A stretch of 64,000 nucleotides of DNA from an uncultured Gemmatimonadaceae bacterium (GCA_963829055.1 CAWHHI010000006.1:384001-448000); one strand, 5' to 3'; positions 33,695-46,021 are shown, counted from the stretch's first letter. The notes: a model not told the origin generated them from the letters alone. Translations and numbers: made by a program.

Positions 33695-34396
33695 GTGATG
33701 AACATGTCGAGCGTGATCTCAGGGTCATCGTGAAGCCCGTCGCTCTTCGCGCCCGCGAGCCCGCGAGTCTCCATGTGCTTCGTCACGCCGGCATAGTCGT
33801 AGTACTCCTGCACGTGCGCGACGACCGGGTCGCCCTTCCAGATGCGCCGTCAGCGAGTCCGCGACGGCCGCGCTGCCCGTTCTGATTGCCGCCGCTGTCG
33901 CCGATAGGATGATGCTCTGAAGCCGTGCACCTTGAGGCTGTGCACGACGTCCGTGAGCACCGCGCGGAACGTTCCTCGCGGAGACTGATCGTTCCCCGAG
34001 TCGTCATGTGGCCGTCGGTCGGATCGATCGACCTTCCGGGACGTAGGCGATGTTGGTGCACAGGCGTGTTCCCCAGCGCACGCGCGATCGACTCGCAGTT
34101 CGTTCGCAGGACGTAGTTGTGCTTGCCGAGGCGAGCCACGTCCCGTTAGGCTCGAATCCGCCCGTGGCGATGGGCCGTCGTCTTGCCCTGCTGTTCAGGG
34201 CGTCGCGAACGTCCATCCACGTCATCTCCTCGAGCCACACGGTGTTGGCGCCGGCAGCGGGTTCGGCGCGTCGGCGCAGTTGTAGGGGTTCGCAGCACAC
34301 TGGCCACCGCCCATGTTCTGTCCGGGCGTAGCGTCTGGGACTTGGCCGGCGCAGCGGCGAGCAGGAATGCCGTGCAGAGATGAAGGCTCCCTTCAT
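33690..34396 (-). pseudogene. Creatininase-family protein, fragmented and apparently 3'-truncated
   Basis: VWLEEMTWMDVRDAL, TGGFEPNG, LGKHN, GTISL, GDSGGNQ, GLHDD; homology appears to end at ITDPS. Confidence 0.65.
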
Positions 34397-34439
34397 GGCG
34401 ACCTCGGGCGTCTGAATGACGAGCCGGAATCGACGATCG

Positions 34440-34985
34440 TGACGCCCTCGCCTGGTAGGTCGCCATGAGGATCGCGCGGCCTAACGTGTGACCGAGCATT
34501 GTGAAGGAGACCGCCGCGGCGGACGTGTTGTCGTCAACGCCAAGCCGCTCGACGTCGAGCGCATGCACGACGAAGTAGTACCGGTGCGGCCGGTCGCCGC
34601 CGCGGGGCAGGGCCTCCGTACGCGTTGGCACCGTAGTCGTTCCGACAGTGGAAGGCTCCCTTCGGGAGGCTCGAGCCACCCTCCTGCTGCGTCGCCAGCA
34701 AGCGACGTGACGGACGCGGGCAGATCCACGACGATCCAGTGCCAGAACCCCGATGGCGTGGGCGCGTCAGGATCGAAGCACGTCACCACGAAGCTCTTCG
34801 TGCCAGCCGGGACATCGCTCCAGACAGCTCGGGAGAGCGATTCCCTGCCGCGTAGATGTGGGCCTGGTCGATCGGCGCCCCGCGTCGCACGTCTTTGCTC
34901 TCCACCGTGAACGACGGTACCCTGGGCGGAAATGGACCGTGGGCCTGAGCGGCGGTGCGTGGACGTCCTTGGCAGCAGCGAACGT
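34440..34985 (-). CDS. YbhB/YbcL (PEBP / Raf kinase inhibitor-like) protein, frameshifted; ends approximate
   Basis: GNRSPEL, GTKSFVVTCFDPDAPTPSGFWHW, HRYYFVVHALDV. Confidence 0.85.
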
Positions 34986-35227
34986 TCACCAGCGCAGGGG
35001 AGTGCGGCCACGATCGTGACGCGTGCGGCGACACGCGTCACATGTGTGCCTCGGGAAGGGTGGGCAAATCCCGGCCGCCCCGTCGCGCGGTTACCGGAGA
35101 TCGTGCTTCGCTCCGCCGTCACGCTGGCGCCGGAAGCGTTGTCGCTGCCGCCGCCTTCGGTGTCTACCTCGCGGTAACGCCAACGCGCACGCTCGCGACG
35201 CGCGGCGCACGAGCCTACATTCTCGAC

Positions 35228-36235
35228 ATGGAACAGCGGTGGATCAGGCGTGGCGTCCGCGTGGGTTCAGTCGTACTGACGCTCCTCGCCACAACGACAA
35301 ATGGATTCGCGCAGAGCGCACCCGCGCGTCCCGCCGGCCGGCTGACGCCGGAAGAAGTCGCGGCGTTCGCGACGCTCTCGCTCTCGGTCGCGCAGGTGCG
35401 CGACTCGATCCAGAAGCAGTTGGCGCAGCCGCGCAACAAGACGCCGCAGGCGCAGCAGCAGCTCCGCGATCAGCTCGCGACGCAGGTGGCGTCGATTCTC
35501 CAACGCGCCGGTGTCTCGGAAGAGGAGTTCCACCGCAAGACGTACATCGTCAGCACGGACTCGGCCGCGCGTGTGGTGTTCGACTCGACGATGTCGAAGC
35601 TCACCGGCGCGCCGCTGCCCGGCCAACTGGCAGCGAGCGCCCCCGTCGTCGCGGTGCCGGCGGGTCCGATCGGCACGCACATCGGCGCACGTGATGAATG
35701 CGTTCACGGACACACCGAAGGGGATGGGGCTCCTGCCGACGGCGATGGAGGAGGCGCGCGTCGCGTCCGTTCACGCTGGGCTTGCTGCGCGCGATCCCGA
35801 GAACCTCGGCGCGATGAAGCTGCACGCCGGTCACGTGATCAACGCGGTGGACCCGAGCGTCGTGACGTCGGGCCCCGGTCTGGGCTACGGCGTCAAGCGT
35901 GCGGCGTTAGGCGTGGCGGCGCACATCGACCTGGCGGCGAAGGTCCCGGGGGCGTCCGCGAACGTCACCACGCATGCGAACCACGTCGGGACCTCGGCGC
36001 GAAACACGGTTCAGCGTGCCGATGCGATCGTGGCGCTGGCGCAGCGGATTCAGGCGTCGACGTCGGCGTCCGATGCGGCGGCGCTCGTGAGCCAGCTCGT
36101 GTCACTCACGAACGAGCTCGTGCTGGGCAAGGATGCGGACGCCGACGGCAAGGTGACGTGGAAGGAAGGCGAGGGCGGCCTGCAGCAGTGCGACGAGCAC
36201 GTGCGGCTGCTGCTCGCTGGCGAGGCGCACTACGG
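35228..36235 (+). CDS. Secreted two-domain hypothetical protein (DUF4168-like N-terminus), frameshift near 35690; stop uncertain
   Basis: Signal peptide MEQRWIRR...FAQ; helical domain; His-rich second domain HVMNAF...HAGHVINAVDP. Confidence 0.6.
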
Positions 36236-36497
36236 CTGTCATTCCGAGCGTCGGCGAGGACGAGCCCGACAGAAGGATTGCAGGTCGACAGGATTGCCCG
36301 GCGGCGGAGCGCAGCCGTCCCTGATCGACAGTCCCGTTCAACCTGCGAATCCTGGTCGATCCTGACTCCTGCGATTGCTCGCCTACCGTCGCTTCGCTCA
36401 GCGGATCGGTGACACAGCGACCTTCCTGGATCAGCTGCAGCCGGTCGAGCCCGAGTACTTCACGACAAGGTCCCTCGCTGCGCGCTCGGGATGACAG
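36236..36497. repeat. Extended REP-like composite element
   Basis: CTGTCATTCCGAGCG left end and CGCTCGGGATGACAG right end enclose AGGATTGCAGG.../...CCTGCGAATCCT inverted motifs; lies between convergent genes. Confidence 0.7.
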
Positions 36498-36515
36498 CTG
36501 CGCTCGGCGACGACG

Positions 36516-38721
36516 TCAGCAGGACACGCAGTGATGCTGATTCTTCGCGCCGAGCTTCTCGAGCAGCGCGATCGTCTCCGGGAACGGCCGCAGTCGCTGC
36601 ACCGGCCCGTTCGCCATGTCCACCACCGTGCGTCCCGTTGCGCGAGACCGCCTTCACGTCCGCGCCGTGGGCGACGAGATACACGATCATCTCGTTGTCG
36701 CCACGCGCCGCCGCGCCATGCAGCGCCGTGTACCCGTTGTTGTCGCGCGCGTTGACGTCGACGTGCAGATCCTCGACGAGGTACTTCATCACCGACATCC
36801 ACGCGTCCGGCGCGTGGCGGTGCGAGTTCCCGGCGAAGCCGTTGCCGTAGCCGACGCCGGCCGCGGCGTGAATGGGAAGCACGCCCGGCCCGACCGGCGC
36901 CGCCTTCGCCATCACCTCGATGTCCGGGTCCAGCTTGAGCTGCGTGCCCGCGCCGAGTCCGGGCTGGTCGCGGCACGCCGCGCCCGCTCGGCGGCGCGGT
37001 TCGCCGTGTCGGCGGCGTCGCTGGCGCGGCGCTGGCGACTTCAGGCAGCCGCCGGCTGCGTCGCCGACCTTCTCGACGTCGTCTCCACGTTCGGGCTCGC
37101 CGCCGCGCTCGCCACGGCACCAGCAGCCGTCGCTCGACCACTATCGGCAGCGGCACCCGGACGAGCGGGCCGCGCCGCACGTGCGGCGGGCGCAGGCGGA
37201 GTCGACGCCAGCTTCGGGTCCGCCCCGTGCGCGATCAGCAGCTTCATCGCGTCGAGGTCGAGCGCGTACGTCGCGCGCCAGAACGGCGTCGTCCCGTCGA
37301 TGTTCTCGAGGCCGCAGTTCGGGTTGCCGCAGTTGTTGTACGCGAAGTACCACGGCTGCTTCTTGAGCCGCGCGTTCACGTCCGCGCCCTTCGCGAGCAG
37401 CGCCTCCATCAGCTCGAGGTGCGTCGTCTTCTGCGTCTGGATCGCCTGCGGCTGCGGGATAGCGCGAGCGCGGCGCCCACTGCGAGTTGATCGTCGCGTA
37501 CAGCGGCGCCATCCCCGACGCGCTGGCGATGTTCGGATTCGCGCCACGCTCGATGAGCCGCATGCGCGACGTCGAACTGGCCGTTGATGATCGCCATGAG
37601 CAGCGGCGTCGTCCCGTCCACGAGCGACGTGTCGTTGATGTTCGCGCCGCCGTCGAGCAGCGCGAGCGCCGCATCGAGGTTGCCCTGACGCACCGCGTGA
37701 TGCAGCGCCGTGAGGCCACCCATGCTGCCGACCTGCTTGATGAAGCCCTCGACGCCGCCGTTCAGCGTGTCGACCTGCTCCTTCACGGAGTCCTTCGGGA
37801 CGCTCGCCGCCGTCAGCACCGCGCGCCCGGAGTCGATCGCCGCCTGAATCTGCTCCGGCGTGAACGGTCCACGCGGCTCGCGCACGGGCAGCTGATTCCC
37901 GCGACCTCCTGCCTGCCCTGCGGCCTGCGCATTCGAGTCGGCGCCGGCCGGACGGCAGCACGTGCCGCGGCCTTCGCCGCATCGAGGGACTTCTTGAAGT
38001 CCGCCTCGGCTGAGTCGTGCCGGGCCGGCGGCTCGAACGAGATGAGCACCGCGCGCCGCTTCTTTCTCCGCGGCCTGCTCACGCGCGGCGTCGTCGGAGA
38101 GGTTGAGCACGCGCGTATGGATCGACGGATCGGCACCGTGCTTCAGCAGCACCTGGATCGCCGCTGGCCGATCGTACTCGGCGGCGAAGACGAGCGGTGT
38201 CTGTCCCCAGCTCGACTCGCGCGCGTTAGGGTCCGCGCCCTTGGACGAGCAGCGCCTTGACGACATCGGCGTTGCCGGCGGCCGCCGCGAGGTGCAGCGC
38301 CGTGGCGCCGCTCGCCGTCGTCGCCTTCACATCGCTGCCCGCGGCCAGCAGCGCGCGCACGACGGCGGGATTCCCGGTTCGCGCCGCGATGTGCAGCGGC
38401 GTGTACGCGCCGATGCGCGTTCGCGACGTCGACGTTCGCCTTCGCGCGAAGCAGCTCGCTCGCCATCGCCGAGTCGCCGCGATCGGCGGCCCAGTGCAGG
38501 GCGGTCATGCCGTCGCCCTGCGGCGGCGTTCACGTCGGCGCGTCGCGCGATCAGCGTTCTCACGGCGGCGACGTCGCCGCGCATTGCCGCGTCGGCGATC
38601 GGCGACGACTGTCGACGGCGGCATCGTCGCCGCGGCGAGCGATGCTCCACGCGGCAACGACACCGACGAGCGCTCAACGAGCGAGCGGTCAGTCACGAGT
38701 GATCCTCGAATGTCGTGTCAT
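36516..38721 (-). CDS. Secreted ankyrin repeat protein (many frameshifts)
   Basis: TALHWAA, QTPLVFAA, TALHHAV, TPFWRA, TALHGAA repeats; C-terminal HHCVSC. Confidence 0.85.
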
Positions 38722-38735
38722 CAGCCGGTCTCCAT

Positions 38736-40146
38736 TCAGACCGACAGCGTGAACTCGCCCGTGCTGTCGCCGAAGCTCTCGCACGTCGTTGCAGCCCGAA
38801 CTGGTGCGCCAGCGTCAGCATCACGTTCGCCATCGGCGTCGCGTCAGGCGCCTTGAGATGCATGTTGCCCGGCAGCCGGCCATTCCCGTGGCCGAGCAGC
38901 AGCAGCGGGCAGCGGCGATGGTTGTGAATGTTGCCATCCGCCATCGGCGAGCCGTACATGATCACCGTCTTCTCGAGCAGGTTGCTGTCGCCTTCCTTCG
39001 TGTTCTTGAGCTTCTCGAGGAAGTACGGCAGCATGCTGACGTGGTAGCGGTTGATCTTGTTGAAATCGAGGATCGCCGACTCGCGACCGCCGTGGTGCGA
39101 CGCCGGGTGGAAGCGCCTTGTCGGTGCCGCTCTCCGGGATACGCGCGCGTCGACGCGTCGCGGCCCGTCTTGAACGAGAACACGCGCGTCATGTCCGACT
39201 CGAACGCGAGCACCTGGATGTCGAACATGAGCTTCATGTGCTCGGCGAACGAGTCCGGCACGCCTAACGGCGCTTCGGGCAGCTCGCGCTGCTCGCCGCT
39301 CGCGTTCCGCGCTTCGACCGCCTGGATGCGGCGCTCGAGCTCGCGAATGTCCGACGAGGTACTTGTCGATCGCGCTGGCGATCCGTCGGGCCGAGCTCGC
39401 GCTTGAGCCCAGCGAGGTCGCCGACGATCCAGTCGAGAATGCTCTGGTTCGCCTTGCGCCGCACGGCGCGGTCGCGTGTTGTTGCTGCCGGCGCCGAACA
39501 GCAGGTCGAACGCGATGCGCGGGTTGCGAATCATCGGCAGCGGATCCGTCGGGCTCGCCCAGCTCAGCGTGTCGGTGTACGCGCAGGCGTAGTTGTAGTC
39601 GCAGCCGCCGCCGCGATCCTGGTTCTCGATGCACAGCTGCATCGACGGGATCGCGGTGTCCTCGGCCGATCTTGCGCGCGACGATCTGGTCGAGCGACGT
39701 GCCGACGTACACGTCGGAGCCCTGCGTCTGCTTCGGGTGCGACTGCGTGAGGAACACGGCGCTCGACCGGAAGTGGTCGCCGCCGATCTCCGGCGCCTCG
39801 AACGCCTCGGCCATGCGCACGTCGGTGTTGCTGACGATCGTCAGATACTTCGCGCCACGGCTCGAGCGGGGCGAGCGCGCCTTCGGGATTGAGCTCGAAG
39901 TTGCGGCCGATCTCCGCCGGCGCCCACAGGTGCTTCGACGCGCCCCACGTATTGCGAGCCGGCGCACCCGTGCACGAGCTCCATGCACACGAGCCGCGTC
40001 TTGTCGGCGGCCGCCGACGCGCCACCGACCTTCGCGAGCGAGCGGAACGCCGGCTCCATCGCGTCGAGGTAGGGCAGTGCGACCATGGCACCCAGTCCGC
40101 GAAGGAACGTGCGGCGCTCCATCGCCTTTCCGGCCAGGATCTGCAT
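38736..40146 (-). CDS. DUF1552 domain protein with twin-arginine-like N-terminus (many frameshifts)
   Basis: RRTFLRGLGAMVALPYLDAM, GGDHFRSS, TSLDQ, LAFESDMTRV, HPASHHG, GSPMADGNIHNH. Confidence 0.85.
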
Positions 40147-40176
40147 CGGGTTTCTCGGCTCCTCTCTGGTCCGTAG

Positions 40177-42719
40177 CTAACGCTGCGAGCGATTGTCGTC
40201 CGCGGCCACCGGCTGCTCGGCCGTGCGCATGCGGAACGCCGCTGCTGTTCACGACGCCCATGACGAACGACGAGAACCTGTAGCCGCTCTCCGGCCTCGC
40301 TGCGCGATCGCGCGGACGGTCGGCTGATCTTCATCGGCGACGCGGCGGCCTAACGCGTACGCCATCAGGTTCTCGGTGAAATGACGGACGAACGGCGTCG
40401 GACGCTTGAGCAGCGCGCGCGTGAGCTCGGACGGCGTGGACACCGGCGTGCCGTCGTACAGCTCGCCCCGCGTGTCGAGCGGCATCGCGTTCTCGCGATA
40501 GCGCCACCGGCCGGTCACGTCGAAGTTGTCGAGCGCGAGGCCGATCGGGTCCATGTACTGATGGCACGTGCGGCACGTGATGTTCTTGCGGTGCAGCTCC
40601 ATGCGCTCGCGCGTCGTGAGCGGCTTGCCGTCCTTGCCGTCCGTCGTCTCGTCGAGCGACGGGACGTTAGGCGGCGGCGGTGGCGGCGGCATGCCGATGA
40701 CCACCTCCATCACCCACTTGCCGCGCAGCACCGGCGACGTGCGATTCGCGAGCGACGTCTGCACCAGCATGCTGCCCTGGCCGAGGATGCCGCGGCGCGT
40801 GCTGTCGGGGTACGTCACGCGGCGGAACTGCGTCGCCGGAGACGTTCTGAAGCCGTAGTGCCGAGCCAGGCGCTCGTTCACGAACGTGTAGTTCGCCGTG
40901 AGCAGCGTCAGGATGCTGCGGTCGTGCTTGACGATGTCGCCGAAGAACAGCTCCGTCTCCTTCTGCATCGCGTCGCCCGAGCTGCTCGTCGTAGTCCGGG
41001 AACCAGAACGACGTCCGGACGCACCTTCTCGATGTCCTGCAGGCGCAGCCACTGGCCGGCGAAGCGCGTCGCGAGCGCGTCGGCGCGCGGGTCGGCGAGC
41101 ATGCGCTTCACTTCGCGCCTCGAGCGTCACCGGCGTGGACAGCGTGCCTGCCGCGGCGAGCTTCAGCAGGCGATCGTCGGGGATGCTGCTCCAGAGGAAG
41201 AACGAGAGGCGCGACGCGAGCTCGTAGTCGCTGATCTTGTAGTCCGTGCCTGGCGTCGACGTTCGCGGGCGTCGTCTCGAAGCGGAACACGAAGTACGGG
41301 CTCGCCAGCATCGCCTGCAGCGCCGAGCGAATGCCTTCCTCGAAGCCGCCCGACTGCGCGCCGCGCTTGTAGAACGACATGAGGCCCTCCATGTCGTGCG
41401 GCGTCAGCGCTCGGCGATACGCTCTCGTGCCCAGACGGGTCAGGATCTGCTGCCGCGCACGCGGTGTCGGCGACCGTGGTCGACGGACGGCACGAGAAGA
41501 TGATGCGGCGGCTCGGCGTTTCGGAAACGCCGACCGCGTTCTGCGGGCCGACGATGCCGAGATCCATGATGTGCGGCGGCATCGTCGTGCCGGAGCTCGC
41601 CGTGCCGCCCGACGCCAGCGACCAGTCGTGCGGCTTGATGAGATCCTCGTACGGACCGTCGCCGCGCCTGACGAACGCGACCGACACGCGGTGCGGGCCG
41701 GCCGTGACCTTGAGCGGCTCGGTGCTGATAGAGGTCGACGCCGAGCGGGAGGTCCTGCGACGGCGAACGATTTGTTCACGCCGCGCTCGTACTGCAGCGA
41801 GCGCCACGCGCTCGCCGTCGATCGAGACGTCGATGTCCTCGAGCTGCGTGCCGATGCCGCCGGCGACGTTGAAGCGAAGCTCGTAGAGCCCGTCGGCGAC
41901 GAACGTGTGCTGCGCGACGATGCCGCCGCGCGTGCCGTACGGCGCGCCGTCGACGTGGTCCCACGGGTGCTGCGAGATGTACGGCGACACGCGGTACGTC
42001 GTCATCGACAGCGGCGCGTTCTTGTCGCCGACGGCCATGAGGCTCACCGTCGCGGCGGCGTTGAGGTACGCCTCGAGCAGCGTGGGCGACAGCAGCTGGG
42101 CGTCGGCGATGTTGTCGAAGTTCGCGCTCTTGGTGTCGAGCGGCAGGTAGTCCGCCGCGTTCACGTCGACGCCTAACAAGTCGCGAATCGCGTTCTCGTA
42201 CTCGGGGCGGTTGAGACGCTGGAACGTGCGCGGACCCGGCGTTCGGTGGCGACGCCTTGTCGATCACGCGCTCGATCGCCGTTCGCGAGCATCTGCAGCG
42301 TGTCGCTCGGCGGCCGCGGACGCGCCGGCCAGCGGCATCATCTCGGCGCGCAGCTTCCGGATCATCTTCTCCGACTTCAGGCGCGCGGTGTCCGCCTGGG
42401 CGATGTCGAAGCCTTCCAGCGACAGGTTGCCGAGCTGGAGGTCGTTGCTGTGGCAGTCGATGCAGTACGCGTCGATGACGTCGTTGAGCGTCGTCGAACG
42501 GAGCGATCGCGTGGACGAGGCGACGCGTCGTACGTGATTCACCCGGCGCGCACGCGGCGCAGGGCGTTCGTCGTCGGCGCCGACGATTCCGAGCGCGGCT
42601 GTACGGCCAGGCGATGGCGCGGCGGAGGCGCCCGTCGGGGGGCCGTCTCACCCATGCTCATGCCGACTTTGAACGACAGTGCTACCGTCAGTACGCGACG
42701 CCGCGAGGACACTCTTCAT
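40177..42719 (-). CDS. DUF1592/DUF1588 (PSD/PSCyt) domain protein with c-type heme motifs (many frameshifts)
   Basis: YCIDCH, RLNRPEYENAIRDL, ASPYFVFR, FAGQWLRL, TSPVLRGKWV, CRTCHQYMDPIG. Confidence 0.85.
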
Positions 42720-42758
42720 CCGACCCCCTCCGGGCTGGTTGGGTTACGAGGCCGAGGG

Positions 42759-43434
42759 TCAGAGCTCGTGCTTGTCCTTCGTCTGGTTGCTGATCTGCAG
42801 GTCCCAGCCGTCTGGATCCTTCACGTGGAAGCTTTTGAACGGGGACGTTTCCATGGAACCGCGGCCGCCGGTGTCCTCGCGCGGTGTGAGGCCGCGCTTG
42901 ACGAGCTCGCTGCGCACCGTCTCCGTGTCCCACGGCTCGATGCCCCACGAGATATGGTCGACCACTCCGTGACTGGAGGGCGCGAGGCTTGTGCCATCGC
43001 TGAGCCCGCGGACGCCAGTTCGCCGTATCCGCACGAACCGGAGGCTGCGTTACAGGCTGGGCGGCAGGCTGGCCAGCGGTCGCGCCCGCGGCATCAGCAG
43101 GACGCCGACGATTGCGGATGATGATCCCGCCGATGCCGTTGATATCGATGTCGGCCTGGGTGCCGGTGTCCTTCAGCACCTTCCAGCCCATGAGATCGGT
43201 GTAGAACTCGGTGCTCCGTTTGTAGTCGGAGACCTGGAAGGAGATGTGATCGAGGTAGACCGTCTTCCAGGGAGTGCCGGACGCGGCTTTGGCAGGCGCG
43301 GCGGCCACGCTCTGGGCGACCGCGGACGCCACTGGCGATCCAACGGCCATGAGCGCGAGTGTCTGCACGAGTTGGCGGCGGCTCAACTTTCCGCCTTCGA
43401 AATCCCGCAGTAACGCCGCGACGACGCTTTCCAT
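42759..43434 (-). CDS. VOC/glyoxalase family protein with twin-arginine-like segment (frameshifted)
   Basis: SRRQLVQTL; LDHISFQVSDYKRSTEFY; VDHISWGI; KDPDGWDLQI. Confidence 0.82.
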
Positions 43435-43538
43435 AGAAGGCCGCTGCCTTGGGTGAGGTATGGAGCTTACGCGCGAACCTAGCGAAAGTGCTGCGACAGG
43501 CGTACAAGGGATAGCCCTTTCCGGAGATCTGGCCCCCT

Positions 43539-44171
43539 GTGAAGTCGCTCGTAATTGCTCCGCTCGCAATCGTCGCTGCCATTGGCAGCGCGTCGGCTCA
43601 GGCGAAGTCGCCTTCCAAGACTGAAAGCGTGCGGTACATGGTTGCGCCCGCCGGCAACGAAGCCCGCTATCGCGTTCGCGAACAGTTGGCGGGTTTCGAC
43701 CTTCCCAAGGACGCGATCGGCGCCACCAAGAACGTCACGGGACGCGTCGTGATTGGAGCCGACGGCAAGGTCGTCAAGGACAGCTCGAAGGTCACCATTC
43801 AGCTCTCCGACCTGAAGAGCGACCAGGGCCGCCGCGATAATTACTTGCGACGAAGCACGCTCGAGACGGAAAAGTTCCCTAACGCCGAGCTCGTACCCGT
43901 AGCGCTCGAGGGGCTGCTCATGCCGATCGAGCCCGGATCCTCGCAGACGTTCATCGTGCGTGGCGACCTCACGGTCCACGGCGTGACACGGCCTACGACC
44001 TGGCAGGTGACTGCCCGTGGGGAAGGGAAGGACGTCGTCGGCACCGCGGCCACCGCCTTCACGTTCAAGGATTTCGCACTCGAGCAACCGCGCGTCCCGG
44101 TCGTCCTCAGCGTCGCCGACACGATCCGGCTGGAGTACGACTTCCGGTTCGTGCCGGACACCGCGCGCTGA
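43539..44171 (+). CDS. YceI family protein
   Basis: EARYRVRE, LKSDQGRRDN, GDLTVHGVTRP. Confidence 0.88.
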   Translation: MKSLVIAPLAIVAAIGSASAQAKSPSKTESVRYMVAPAGNEARYRVREQLAGFDLPKDAIGATKNVTGRVVIGADGKVVKDSSKVTIQLSDLKSDQGRRDNYLRRSTLETEKFPNAELVPVALEGLLMPIEPGSSQTFIVRGDLTVHGVTRPTTWQVTARGEGKDVVGTAATAFTFKDFALEQPRVPVVLSVADTIRLEYDFRFVPDTAR

Positions 44172-44193
44172 CCTCTCACGTTAGGCACCGCGC

Positions 44194-44691
44194 ATGAAGA
44201 CGAACGACATCGGCGCATCGCTCGCCACACTCTTCTCCGAACTGGTGGTCGGTGCGAACAGTGGCGGCGGCGCGTTCATCCTCAATTCCGGAGACGCCGG
44301 GCTGCTGCGGTCGCTCGACAAGCTCTCCGCCGCTGACGCCTCCGGTTCGGTGCACGGCGGTGCGACGATCGCCGCCCATGCCCAGCACGTGCGCTATGGC
44401 CTGTCGCTCATGAACCGATGGGCGAGCGAAGGAGGCAACCCCTTCGCCGATGCGAAGTGGGACGAAGCCTGGAAGACCTCTCGCGTCGACGACGGTGAGT
44501 GGAGCGAGATCCGCGGCGGCCTCCGCGACGAAGCGCAGCGCTGGTTAGGCGTCCTTGGCACCGGGCGCGAGGTGAGCACCGTGGAGCTCAACGGGATGAT
44601 CGCGAGCATCGCCCATCTCGCCTACCACCTCGGCGCGATCAGACAGATCGCATCGAGCGCACGCGGCCCAAGGGAAGGAACGTTCGCGTAG
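44194..44691 (+). CDS. DinB-like protein
   Basis: TIAAHAQH...HLAYHLGAIRQ. Confidence 0.75.
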   Translation: MKTNDIGASLATLFSELVVGANSGGGAFILNSGDAGLLRSLDKLSAADASGSVHGGATIAAHAQHVRYGLSLMNRWASEGGNPFADAKWDEAWKTSRVDDGEWSEIRGGLRDEAQRWLGVLGTGREVSTVELNGMIASIAHLAYHLGAIRQIASSARGPREGTFA

Positions 44692-44711
44692 CCGTCGCTA
44701 CCTGCGCGTCA

Positions 44712-45326
44712 TTATTCGCCCGATCGCCTGAGCGGGCCGATACGTCGCCCGGCGGCCGAGTCGGCGATGAGCGTCTCGAGCCTGCGCTCGCGTGTTGCCT
44801 CCTGCTTCGCGCTCACCACCCAGAACGTCGCCGTGCGCCGGTAGTAGGGCGCCTGCGACTCGAAGAACGCCCACGCCTTCGCGTTGGCGCGGAACCGCTG
44901 CTCGAACTCGTCGCCTAACGTGACGGCCGTTCGCTGCTCGAACGAGTAGACGCCGGACTTCTCCGGCACCCGTGCCTCGAACGCGGCGAGCCCGGACGGC
45001 TGCATCCGGCCTTCCTTCGTCAGTGCCGCGACGCGCGCGATATTCACCGCGCTCCAGTTGCTCCCCTTCTTCCGCGGCGTAAACCGGTTCTTGTAGCGCG
45101 TCTCGTCGATCGACTTCCTGATGCCGTCGATCCAGCCGTAACAGAGCGCCTCGTCTACTGCCTCAGGCCACGTGATGCTCGGCGTGCCCGAGCCCTTCTT
45201 GTGCATGCCGACCCAAACCTCGCTGGCGCGCGCGTGGTTCTTCTCGAGCCACTGGCGCCACTTGGCCGGCGTGGCGAAGAACAGCACGTCGTCTACATTC
45301 GTCGCGCTCTTCGTGTTCGGTGCCAT
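44712..45326 (-). CDS. YdeI/OmpD-associated family protein
   Basis: WRQWLEKNH, EALCYGWIDG, FTPRKKGSNWS, SAKQEATRERRL. Confidence 0.9.
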   Translation of the reverse strand: MAPNTKSATNVDDVLFFATPAKWRQWLEKNHARASEVWVGMHKKGSGTPSITWPEAVDEALCYGWIDGIRKSIDETRYKNRFTPRKKGSNWSAVNIARVAALTKEGRMQPSGLAAFEARVPEKSGVYSFEQRTAVTLGDEFEQRFRANAKAWAFFESQAPYYRRTATFWVVSAKQEATRERRLETLIADSAAGRRIGPLRRSGE

Positions 45327-45342
45327 GCAGTCAGAATAGTCA

Positions 45343-46005
45343 TCACAGCTGACTTGCGGCAGAAGACGACGGTGGTCGTTGCTCGCGCTGCGGCTTCGAC
45401 GGCGACCGCGGCCGATCGCCGTCTTCCACAGGACCACGCCCTGGAATGTCGAGCCCATCGAGCGCCGACAGATCATTCGACTCATCGCGCCGCATCACCG
45501 ACCACGCACCGTCGTTCTCGAGCACGACCGCCTGGGCATCATGGACAGACAGGAGACCCGCCTGTCTGATCGCCGCGCGCACCTCATCGACCGAGGCGTC
45601 GATCTCCTTCAGCCTCTCCTCGATGAGGTTGCCGTCCCACACCACGAGGTGCGGTCGCTCGCGGACGATGTGATGCGCCGCCCAGTACCGCGCCTGCAGG
45701 AACCGCGTGATTTCCTGCAGTACGAGAAACGTGAGGATCGCCGTGACGCCATCGATGACGGTGATCTCTGTGGACAGCGGCACTGCCGCGACGAGCGAAC
45801 CGAGCGCGATCGTGACGATCAGATCGTACCCCGACATCTTCGCGAGCGCGCGCGCGCCAATGATCCGGAGTACCAGGACTACCAGGATGTAGATGGTCGC
45901 CGCGCTCAGCGCGACACGAAGTACCGCCTCCCAACTTCGAAAGAACACGACGCCGTTACCTCTGCTGGAGGGCGCACAGACTGTCCAACCAGCAGGGCGG
46001 ATCAA
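45343..46005 (-). CDS. DUF421 (YetF) membrane protein; true start probably near 45960
   Basis: GARALAKMSGYDLIVTIALGS, VVLENDG. Confidence 0.85.
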   Translation of the reverse strand: MIRPAGWTVCAPSSRGNGVVFFRSWEAVLRVALSAATIYILVVLVLRIIGARALAKMSGYDLIVTIALGSLVAAVPLSTEITVIDGVTAILTFLVLQEITRFLQARYWAAHHIVRERPHLVVWDGNLIEERLKEIDASVDEVRAAIRQAGLLSVHDAQAVVLENDGAWSVMRRDESNDLSALDGLDIPGRGPVEDGDRPRSPSKPQREQRPPSSSAASQL

Positions 46006-46021
46006 GAAGCGAGCCCCTTGC

